Positions 39,133-64,000 of a stretch of DNA of 64,000 nt are shown here, piece by piece. A program made the position numbers and the translations under genes. This DNA is from Tubulanus polymorphus. Lineage: Eukaryota; Animalia; Nemertea. The notes beneath the pieces were generated by a model that made no database searches, had not been told where the DNA came from, and worked only from the letters and a program-made list of their open reading frames with translations. How positions within the stretch are numbered: position 1 is the stretch's first letter; each line of letters begins with the position of its first letter. Location: contig NC_134034.1 of NCBI RefSeq assembly GCF_964204645.1, positions 5,368,914 through 5,432,913 of the forward strand, read 5' to 3'.

Positions 39133-39379
39133 AGTATTTCGTTCAATCGAACAGAATTGTTTTCATTCAAACATTCGTTCGAAAAAAATTTTTTTCGCTC
39201 AACCAAATTTTTTTTCATTTCAACAATAACATAGCTTTTTATTCGAACACATTTTTTGTCAGAATGAAGAAAATTTTTGGTTCAAGCAAAAAGCGTATTG
39301 TTCGATCAAACAGAATTATTTTCATTCGAACAAGATTTTCTTGTTGGAACATTAAGTTTTTTGGTCGAACAGCGTGTTA

Positions 39380-39685
39380 AGGTCGATTTGGAAATTTACT
39401 CGGTCTGGTATATGTTGGATTACTGTGTATGCCATTTGTCAGGACAATAAACAGAAGACAACTTAGGATACTACCTTGCGTGACTCCACTAGTTTGACCG
39501 ACTTATTCCAAGATGAGGCGTTCCGTTGATTTCAGCTACAAGTTTTCGTTCAGAGATAACTGCTGAGCCATTTGGGCGACCTATCATTGAAACTGTTTCC
39601 TAATAGCCTGTTTAGTAATGGCTGATGTTGTGCCTTATCAAATGCTTCGTCAAAATCCACCGTTGAACAGGATTCTAAGACTGTG
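39380..39685 (-). pseudogene. CR1/L2-type LINE reverse transcriptase fragment (shorter copy at about 26620-26800, + strand)
   Basis: Degenerate translation VDFDEAFDKAQHQPLLNRLLG..KWLS.YL.ERK..EING..SGVTQGSILSCLLFIV resembles the DFSKAFD..SGVPQGSILGPLLF RT motifs. Confidence 0.75.
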
Positions 39686-39720
39686 CAGAAAACCCGTTAT
39701 CGCTGCTTTGCAGCTATATT

Positions 39721-42700
39721 TGTATTTATTATTTTGAGTAAGTATTAATTTTTCTGTAAAAACATGAACTTTCGGTTTTATTTTCTTCTGGTATTCACTT
39801 AAATAACTATCATCTACGGTTAAATGTTCTGGGCAATAAGATAAGTTTCTTGTTTTAAACTTTATATTTTCAGGATATTCTAAATCAACTGCAAAGAAAT
39901 AACCAATTGGTGCTTCATCTTTTAAACTCGCAATTGCGCTTTCCCAATCAGTTTTATCATCATTTTCAACTTCTGTTAATATAAAATTTTTATATGGTTG
40001 AGGTTGCATCATTGCCCAACCATATAAATTATTGGCGTCAATATATAATGATTTATATTCATCATTTGCTTTAAAATATCTATCTCCCATAACACCACTA
40101 ATTCCACCTCTAATTGATTTTTCAAATAATAAAACCATGTCTGGTTCTTTTAATAAATCTAATTCTACATTTGTATATTTTAAACCACATTGCCAGGTTA
40201 AACCAGGACTTGAATAACAATAACAAGGATCAACATTAAAAAGATTTAAATTAACTTCTCTAAATTTTTCAAATATGTCAGCCAATATCATAACATCGGA
40301 TTTTAAATATAAATCAACTAATTCACCATGATTTTTCATCTTAAAATGGTTCCAAATATTTAATGTTCTATTAAACACTTCGTCTTTCACATACTCCTCT
40401 TTTAATTGATCATAAAATTGACCTTTTAATAATTCTGTTACATTAAAATCATTGTGTGTTTTATAAAATGAATATGGAATTGCACCTTTATATCTCAATA
40501 ATTTAAAATCTTGTTCATTTGGATAATAATATCGAGTTATAACAAAATCATTATCAACTAAACTTTTTGATAAATTATCTAATGAACTTGCTAGAAATCT
40601 ATAAGAATCTAAAAATCTAATGCAACCAAATTGTAATGAAATATAATTTTCAGATGTTTTAGCTAATAGTTTAAAATCATATTTTCTTACATTTACACCA
40701 TTCATAGCATAATATTCTTCTATTTCTTGATTAATTGTGCCCAATTTCCTTGATAATTCTTTTATAAATAGATGGGTATCATAGCCTGATAAATTATGAA
40801 ATAATATTGGAACGAAATTTACTTTTTTAGCTTGTAAATTACAATCTTCATGAGCAGCTCCACGATATTTTGAATTTAAATGATCATGATCTCTAACTTT
40901 TTTATCAAATGAATAAAAACGTTTTTCACAATAACAACAATGAGTTGCATAATTAAAATCAATTTCATCTTCTTTTGTCATAACTATTCTTTTATTCTTG
41001 TTTAATAATTTTGCAAAATCACTTTCTAATTCAATCATTTTGTTACAAAAATTATTAACTACATCTTCACCTCTAAAAGAAATATATTGACTTTCATATA
41101 ATTCAGGATAATTTGATTTTATATAAATTCCATAAGCAGCAGCTCTTTGATGAACTTTTTTAATTGTATTTATAATTGGTGGGTCTTGTGTTGTGTCTTC
41201 ATCTAATTCATTTCCTTTATCCATTGATTTTAATAATTGCTTTTTGTTATATATTTCTTTTCTATCTTGATCAGTTAATTCTTTATTCAACGATTCAAAA
41301 TCCCCATAAATTACAAATGGAACAATATTCTTAAATTTATGATCAGTAAATTTCAATTTATAATCTTTTTCTGTTGGCATTATTAATTTACAAAAATCTT
41401 TATTATCACATAATTCTTTATGTTTTAATAATGTATTCTCAGTCATAAATTTAGATAAACATTTTCTACATAGATAAATTTTACGATGATGATCACTTTC
41501 TGTTCTAAAGAATAAATCAATTTGTTTTAACCACATATAATGTTCATTTTCATCTTTTTTATAATATAACAAATCTATAGCATTTTCATCATCATAATAT
41601 TCTGTTAAATATTAAGCTTCCAATGTATAATCTTCAATATTTTCACCTTTTGTCTTTGGTAATTGCATTAATTCAAATACATTTATTTTTAAATTATTAA
41701 CTTTTTCTATTTTAGGAATCATTTTTATAGTTACTGGATATTGATCAATTTTATATAATGTTTCGTATTTCCGATAATCTGTTATTCTACAAACATTTTC
41801 CTGTGTTGGATGTCAGCAACTAATAATTGACCATAGAAAACATTTATTATCTTCATTTTGAACATTTATTACTGCTTTTGTTGTAAATGGTAATTTAATA
41901 TAAGATGATGCTTTAATATCCTTTTCTGTTGTAAAGTTTGAATCATTTTTAAACATTTTATTACTTTTTGATGTTTTATTTCTTTTTGTATTGTAAACAT
42001 TTAAATCTAAATATATAATTTCATTCAATGTTAAGCCAGAACCCTCAAAATATCTTTCTTCAATATGACGTTTAAATTCATTAAATATTTTTTCTACCTT
42101 CTCTTGTATTTGTGTTTTTAAAATTATTTCTTCAGAGTGTGTTTGAATATTATAATCCATTTTTTCTTCTGACTTTATAAAACTTACTTTCCCAGAGATA
42201 CGAATTTTTGGATATTCAACATCTGTTATCAAATCTAGTATTTTTTCAATTATTTCATTAAATGTACTATAATCTTCTATTGTTGTTCCTTTAAAAAATC
42301 TAAATATAATAGCTGCAGGACCAATTTTACTATGTAATGTTTCTAAAATTTCAATTGTATCTTTTATTTCTAGTGAATCAATATAATTTCTAACATTTTC
42401 CATGTAAGGTTTATTTGAAATGGATTTAGTTTTTGAAGTTGGTTTTTTTACTTTTTGAGGTTTATCATCAAAATATCTTTTCCTAAAACATTATTACTCA
42501 AATTTTGGTGGTGTTTTTGTGATTCGAGATGTCTATTATAATTCCTTTTTACTATAAATTCATTACAAACTTCACATTTTATTTCATCCACATTCATATT
42601 TTCTAATCTTTCTTTTCTTTCATTAGAATTTTCTGGAGTTTCAAAATCTATTACAATTTTTATATGATTTGCAGTTTTTTCATGTCGTGTTTTATGAGAT

Positions 42701-42740
42701 GTATCGACGTATTTTTTACAATATGTGCAATAATATTGAT
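39721..42740 (-). pseudogene. Polinton/Maverick-type (endogenous virus) protein-primed DNA polymerase B, disrupted and truncated
   Basis: Exonuclease motifs VIYGDFES, FHNLSGYDTHLFI and DLYLKSDVMILADIFEKFR. Endonuclease VII-like insert CCYC..VRDHDH..YRGAAHEDCN. Polymerase region IRGGIS and motif A LYIDANNLYGWAM. Upstream terminal-protein-like region NEDNKCFLWS. ORFs 42403-41813 and 41572-39650 are in the same frame, separated by stops at 41815-41813 and 41614-41612. Motifs B and C are missing. The block is markedly more AT-rich than its flanks. Confidence 0.9.
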
Positions 42741-43880
42741 TTTTTTGACGCCTTATAAAACGTTACCATTATGAAACCTAAACAATGTTAACCATTCAGC
42801 GTCATTTTACAAACGACAACCGTAAATCGATGTGCAAAACGTCACAGGTTTATGTGTACACATACAAGCTATTTGGCAAAATATTATTGATAAAGATGTA
42901 GAATGGCTCCCTGTGATTATATAATGACCTATATTTGAACGTCGAAATGTTACATTGCATTGAATATCATGATAAGACGTATTGTAATAGTAAAGGATGA
43001 TTATATCAGGAGCGGCAGGCATAAATAGAAATGATAAGTAAATCGGATTATTCGGTTAAATGGCGGATGTATTCACGATTTGGAAGTCCGATATAAAAGT
43101 CAGACCCTGACATGGGGATGCTAGTGGAATGACGAAGCTATCTACGATCTGAGTAGGGCCGGCGTGAATTTCATCGGCGGCTACAAGCGGTCTATATAAA
43201 AACGTGTAAACAAATAATTTCAATATTCAAATGTTTTAGAAAATATGTTCGATATTAGGGTATGCAGGTTTCATGAGATTAACAATCTATAATAGCATAG
43301 CTGTCATATACGGCTCCGCGTCCACTGATGGCATGTGTATAAGGTGACAATTCAATTCAATACTTTATTGATCCTCATTACATTGAAATTCCTGGATAAA
43401 ATTCCCAAATTCAATTAAGTTACAAATTTTAGAATAAGAAAATACAAAATACACATGGGTAATTCATACAGAATAACATGAGTAAGTTATTTAAATGACG
43501 ATGTCTACTTCAACCCAGACTCAAGTCTAGGATATCGAGTGACAACCAAACCCAACCGGGACCGGGCCGGCTGGCTACACGATATGCTTGAAGTCATGAT
43601 GAAGCAGACATCAGAAGAGCTCTTTCTTCAACCATGGAGGCAATGAAGTTGCAGACCAGCTTAGAGCAAAAGTGAATCGAAGTCGGTCACAAGTTGACAA
43701 TTTTTTTTTTTAATTAGACCAGTCGAAGTCTGTATCATCTACCCAATCACCAAATCTCATAATTCCCCAAATTTCTTAAAACTTCGATTTCAAATTTGCA
43801 ATTCCACATTAGCTTATCCCAGAAATTCTACATTTTTTCGCAGGCGTCAAATAATTTATTTAAGTTAATTTTCTTGTTTA
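42741..43880 (-). mobile_element. HINE-like element with subterminal IR tttgacgcct/aggcgtcaaa; a second copy is split at 25900-26581 and 30750-31180
   Basis: Direct similarity between the two loci. The minus strand begins aaacaagaaaattaa. Confidence 0.7.
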
Positions 43881-46019
43881 ACATTATTATTTTCTGGCTG
43901 GTGTTCATTCTCCCCCATTTATTAGGAAGAAAAATTACTTGTGGTGATGAGTGGTGTCTCGCCCTCTGATCTGAAACCCACATCTTCCTATTACTTACAT
44001 GCAGAATTGGATTCATTGTTATCATGGGATGATAATTCACGGGCATCATGAGTCCTACGATATACCCTTGATATGAAGAGGCCTTTATACGTTTATCGGA
44101 GACTTGTTTTGGAGTAAACCGAATAGTCCTTAAAATACCAATTCCACATGGCTTAACGGTCGGTGTCTATGCTCTGCGAGACAGTAGTAATAGATGTTTC
44201 ACAACGCACGATTTAAATATTTATTATACTTTCTTTCACTCCTCTATTATATTACATAACTGAGTAATTCTTACATTAGATTCCTTAATTACAGGTGGCT
44301 AAGAGGTCAGATGGCATGAAAATCGACTGTGGCCGACTAATTGGCGCGCGCAGATAAAGCGTTGAGGTTTCAAAAGATGTCGCAAAAATGCTTATCATCA
44401 GGGGTAGACAAATTATCCGAAGATAAATGAAAACTCACCTTGTTGATCGTCAGTTGATTTAGCTGTAATTGTTTCGTCTGGATCAATCGACACATAATTC
44501 ATTTCAAAATCTGTGTCCAGTAGAATTTCTTCCAATAAAATAAGAATCTATTTGACTAATTGTTTACTAATGTATACAGGAGTGAATTTTAATTGATCTC
44601 AAAACCAGAGAAAGCATTCTTCAAAAATTTAGAAAATCCTCGACTTATAATCAAATTCTGTGAAGTCATTTAAGGTCTTTTCAGGTGGGTAAAATTCAAT
44701 TCCTCACCGTCCTATAATGCCGAGTACACGACGGAGTTTACACACTGAAAAACGTTGCGCTGTAAGTGTAATTTGGATAAGTCGGCAATATAATGACGGC
44801 CCTGCCCCACGCGCTCCATCTCAGACATAAACAAGTTGGACTGTATTGCTTCAATGCTTTGACAAATGGACTCCTAATATCCACATATCAAGCGCAATGT
44901 TGACCCCAGTTGCGCTTCTTGGCAATAGTCATATGTTATGGGCTAGAATTATTTCGATGAAATCTTCGTACGCTTCCCAGTTCGACATATGAACCAATTA
45001 GGCAGAAACCCGTTATCGCTGCTATGCAGCTATATTTTAAAGTAATCTTTTTCAGGAATCAAATGCATATAACAGTAGAGTGAAAAATACTTCAATCTTC
45101 AGTGCCGGTGGCTCTAAATGGTTTACAGTTCGTTAATTTTGTTAAATTTTACTCTGTCTATTTCGGACGATTTTCTTCTCGACGGCAAACATTAAAATCA
45201 TCTGAATAGAAGTATTATTATGAATGTGCCGGTGTTCAGACTGATTTGTTTAAAGGTCTCGCTCTTCCCCACTGATGACTAATTCACTGAGCAGGTACTT
45301 GTTGTCCTTTCGCCGAAACATGTGATTTGTGTTCTCTAACATCCGTATCATCCATTTATTAACGTATACATCTGTTTTATCAGTCAATCTGCGGTCGACG
45401 ACGAATTTCGTGCATTAATCTAGAGTCCGTCAGTACATTTTATGAGACTGTCTATCAGAAAAAGAGCCGTCTTATTGCACAACTTTTAACATATCTTATC
45501 CATACACTTATTTCGACTTATATAGTAGTTTTGTAAAATTATTATGTTCCCAATCAGAGTCCATTCCCATCAGAGTGTTTGCCACCAGAGTTGGATAAGA
45601 GTCCTCATCTCTTTCGACATCCGAGCATGTCAGGTTGAAATATCAGAGAAAAAGAATAAGTTTTTTGATATTTAACTACATGTATTGTATTTCAAGTACT
45701 TCTGCATGGGACAGATGTTGTGTATTATCTACAGTTCGATGCAATGGAAAACACTTGCAATTGAACTATTCATTAGCCAACTAGAAAGAATCAGCACAAT
45801 GAAGGCGCAAATACCATCATAACATACAACTATAATTTCCTTGTCAATGATCATGTATTGTGTATCATTCAAATATAAACCCCCAAGCGTACACGGTACT
45901 CTTCTATGACAGGTTACATCTATATGATTATTCTTAAAATTACTGCATATGTTGATTCTATGCAGATATTCAATGATAACGATGTTGATGAATTTGAACA
46001 AATAATTCACATAAGATTT

Positions 46020-60329
<14,310 letters not shown>

Positions 60330-62254
60330 TCATTATTTCGCATCTGCAAGAAAATTATGAAATAACAAACCAAGGGCTTTGACGTTGTAGCTATGAATAT
60401 CAGGGATGAGTGGCAAATAATTTCAATAATTCACATCATTTTATGATATAAATGAATACTTATTTTACATATAAAAATAGAACAATAGGGAATACTAAAT
60501 TTTTCCGCTATTCAATGCCCTTGGTCACCAGAGGCCTATACAAAACTAATGACCTTGAAATCCACCACAATTGTGGAACAAGGCATGAGCTACAACTTTG
60601 CAATTGATTGCGGTATGCAAAGGTACCAATGCAAATTTAATTTCTCTTTCCAAAAATTTAGATCACAAAACATCCCATCGTAAATATTTTTGACAAATCT
60701 GTGGGTGTACCAATCCGAAATGCTACCGGCTGCAGAAATCAGTGTTGGCCAAATGAGGCGTTAGGGTTATTTTTTAACACCCCCAGACTGATGTAGTCTG
60801 CTTAATGCCAAAAAAAATGTCCAAGCAAAATTTTGGAGGACAACCAATTTGATCAACATCTGCATTTTTCTAAAGATGTGCATTGTTTTTTATCAACCCT
60901 TTTGCAATATTTTTATCACCACATACATTACATAAAATTCTTTTCAGGAAAAACTTAATTTCAATTCTGCATCTCCATTATTTCACTCAGTCACTCTCCT
61001 TTCAATTCCATCTTCAAGCGAATTCCATCTTCAAGTGAATTATCAATCCAAACTAAGTTTAAATCTCAGAAAATCAGTTGCCAAATGTATGGTTGAACTC
61101 AGTGTTCTCGCCGAGTTGATATTAAAGCCCGAAAATGAGCGCCAAACAGCAAGCCAACATCAGGAACAGTGGTCCAGGCAAACTCCCCCGGAAAAATTTT
61201 TATTTCTAGGTGTTCAGATGCGTTTTCCCAGCATTTGAAGACCATAATCATCTAGTTTAAATTTGGTTATTTCAGTGAAACAGCGATCGTTTGTAGTTTA
61301 CTTGAGGCACTTTTCTCGCGGATAATGGTATGCTTATGTGCATTAAATCAATTAGTTCCATGTTCTCATATCTATTCATCATTTTATCATTAAAAATCAG
61401 ATTCTTTGGAATTAAGAAGTGTAAATCAAGCAAGTGTATTAAAATGTAAAAAAAAACATTCCAAAACTAAGAAAGGGAGAGGCAGTGACATTTCGGAGAT
61501 CTACTATCACAAAACGTCAAAGAAATATCATATTACTTCCCAGCTGCCAGGCAAAGTGGATCATAAAACAAATCATTTCCTTTGAACAAAAGCTTTATTC
61601 ATTACTCAATACTAGAACTTTTGAATTGTACTAAGTATAGGGAATTAAAGCGCTCGCGTTTGAAGTTTGCATGCAGTACGGTAGGCCCTGCACAAAGCCA
61701 AAAAATGCGTTCAAATCAAACAACCATTCACATATATCATCTACATATCTGCACCTTTAACAAGAAACTTTTTATCATGCTTGCGAAATTTACTAAATAT
61801 AAAGGAATTCTTCTATTCATATTACATCTGCATCAAGATTGAAGTTGTTGCAAGGGAATTTATGACTTCATTAATTCAAGTAACCCCATACATCATACAG
61901 AAGCGATGTTCATAATGAATCAAAGAGTTTCTATTAAGAAATCGATATGCTAGGCGCTATAGTCAGTTTTTGAGTAGGCCTAATTGCACATGTGCATTGA
62001 AAATAGATTCAGCCAAAAGTGCGCCAAGTTCCCCGTAAACAAGCGGTCCTCCTTATTACCGAGATCAACCGAGATGACATGAAATATAACATATTTATTT
62101 ATTCCTTATCAATTTTAACACTTGAAATCATACTATATCAGTAATAAATGCCTGCTGGAGTCATATTTTACATATTTTGTTGGATATTTTTGTAGAAAAA
62201 TAACTTAACTTTACCGAGATGAGATCGTCGATCAATCAAATTAAATGAAATTGA

Positions 62255-62905
62255 TCAGTTGTTGAGGTGTCGGGGTGCAGAGCTGCAGAGTTGTCTGTAC
62301 CAAAGCCACATTCTCTCTATAACTTTGTCAGTTGTTGAGGTGTCGAGGTGTAGAGCTGTAGAGTTGTCTGTACCAAAACCACATTCTCTCTATATCTTTG
62401 TCAGTTGTTGAGGCGTCGAGGTGTAGAGTTGTCTGTACTAAAACCACATTCTCTCTATACGTTTGTCAGTTGTTGAGGTGTCGAGGTGTAGAGCTGTAGA
62501 GTTGTCTGTACTAAAACCACGTTCTCTCTATATCTTTGTCAGTTGTTGAGGTGTAGAGCTGTAGAGCTGTAGAGTTGTCTGTACTAAAACCACATTCTCT
62601 CTATATCTTTGTCAGTTGTTGAGGTGTCGAGGTGTAGAGCTGTAGAGTTGTCTGTACTAAAACCACGTTCTCTCTATATCTTTGTCAGTTGTTGAGGTGT
62701 AGAGCTGTAGAGCTGTAGAGTTGTCTGTACTAAAACCACATTCTCTCTATATCTTTGTCAGTTGTTGAGGTGTAGAGCTGTAGAGCTGTAGAGTTGTCTG
62801 TACTAAAACCACATTCTCTCTATATCTTTGTCAGTTGTTGAGTTGTAGAGGTGTAGAGTTGTCTGTACCAAAACCACGTTCTCTCTATATCTTTGTCAGT
62901 TGTTG
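62255..62905 (+). repeat. Tandem repeat, about 9 units of 62-74 bp (gtcagttgttgaggtgtcgaggtgtagagctgtagagttgtctgtactaaaaccacattctctctatatcttt)
   Basis: Direct head-to-tail array with variable internal gtagagct subunits. Confidence 0.93.
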
Positions 62906-62937
62906 CACAGGGGCTCGTATCAGAGTTGTAGGTAATG

Positions 62938-63738
62938 TAACTAGGGGTCCAGGGACACCATGCCCACTTGGGAAGTGGTTCCAAATGCTCAACAATCTAA
63001 CAATTTCAATATTCAACGCCCCTGGCAACCATATACAAAAACCAATGACCTTGAAGCACACCACAATCATAGAACATGTCATGAGCTACAACTTTCTAAT
63101 TGATTGTGGTAGCAAAATACGCTTAGGTATCAATATAATGTGGAAAAACTTTTTCCCATTTACGAATGAGTACTGGCGACACCAAGATGGCCGCCAATTG
63201 CGTCATAATTGGCTGATGAAATATACCTGTCTCAGGTATAAAACATCCCTTTCCAAAGAATACCCATCACAAATTGCAATGAGAAATGGTAAACCAGTAG
63301 GAAGTTACAGGACTCAGAATTCGGGCAAAAATTAACATTTTTGGGCACTAAAAAGGTCATAGGACGGCCATCTTGAGCTCGACCGACCCAATTTTTGTTA
63401 TGTTGATGGGCCCTGGGGGGATTCACATATATCCGAAAGATCAAGGTAATTGATCGAAGCATCTTCAAAATTTCCCTAAAAAAGTTCAAAAATGTGTAGA
63501 AAGTGCTGATTTTGGAGAACAACAATGGCTGCCAGTCGGCCATCTTGATTCTGACAGGGCCAGTTTTTGAGCTGAAGATGTGTCTAGGGTAGATACATGT
63601 GTAACCCAAATATCAAGACGTTACCTTGAAGCGTCTTCAAAACTTCCCAAAATAACTGGATTCCGTCTACGGACGGACGGACGAACGAAAAGTGAACGCA
63701 ATAGCCCGCTGGGACTAAACTCCCAAGTGGGCTAAAAA
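62938..63738 (+). mobile_element. HINE family 1 copy
   Basis: aactaggggtccagggacacc..(GGAC)n..tagcccgctgggactaaactcccaagtgggctaaaa. Confidence 0.75.
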
Positions 63739-64000
63739 CGATAATCTGTTAATCCAATGTATATAGTATATATAAAATGACAAGGGGGCTAACGACGCTC
63801 ACAAACTACTCATCTTCAGTCGCTTACTATTTCGTTAAAATTTCTCATCCGATTTTGAAATATCCGATTTCTCATCCGATATGAAAGCTAATATCTTCCT
63901 GCTTCTAACGAAACTAATCCCGTTAACTTCCGACGAATAGTTCGTGATTTATATGTCTTTGAACGCGAAATTAGGGCCGAAATCGCCTGGACCGAAAATG

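Larger units (their letters stand above)
35931..39720 (-). mobile_element. Composite Helentron/HINE-like element, copy 2, inverted and 3'-truncated
   Basis: 39500-39720 is the reverse complement of about 26582-26800, and 35931-38104 is the reverse complement of about 26800-29723. An extra segment of about 1.4 kb lies at 38105-39500. The same terminus occurs again at 45002-45036. Confidence 0.75.

Noticed and set aside
45270-45330. ctgatga...cgaaacatgtg, a possible third hammerhead
   Set aside because: No convincing stem II or stem I pairing, and the spacing is wrong.
62255-62905. CRISPR-like look of the regularly spaced repeats (also the 31-bp array)
   Set aside because: No unique spacers, no cas genes, and a eukaryotic context.
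62835-63609. 166-aa and 125-aa ORFs
   Set aside because: They fall within the tandem repeat and a non-coding HINE, and are not preserved in other copies.

Overview
AT-rich, intron-rich animal genomic DNA, probably from an invertebrate (inferred from the repeat content). It holds two host genes, both on the minus strand. HSP60/HSPD1 is complete: 8 coding exons, 60305->46020, 579 aa, ending in a GGM tail. Its co-chaperonin HSP10/HSPE1 lies downstream, with a candidate ATG micro-exon at 35001 and exons at 20526-20365 and 19395-19306; I could not find its last exon. The genes are head-to-tail here, whereas the vertebrate pair is head-to-head. Nearly everything else is mobile DNA. There is a decayed Polinton/Maverick-type protein-primed DNA polymerase, and two opposed copies of a composite Helentron-like element that form a multi-kb inverted repeat around the HSP10 first exon. 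There are also many HINE/DINE-like elements, P-, hAT-, Mutator-, Harbinger- and mariner-like MITEs with intact TSDs, and remnants of Transib/RAG1-like, Sola, Harbinger, THAP, BEL/Pao, CR1/L2 and Penelope elements. Two minimal hammerhead ribozymes and two tandem-repeat types are present. All calls come from reading the sequence by eye; no database search was run.
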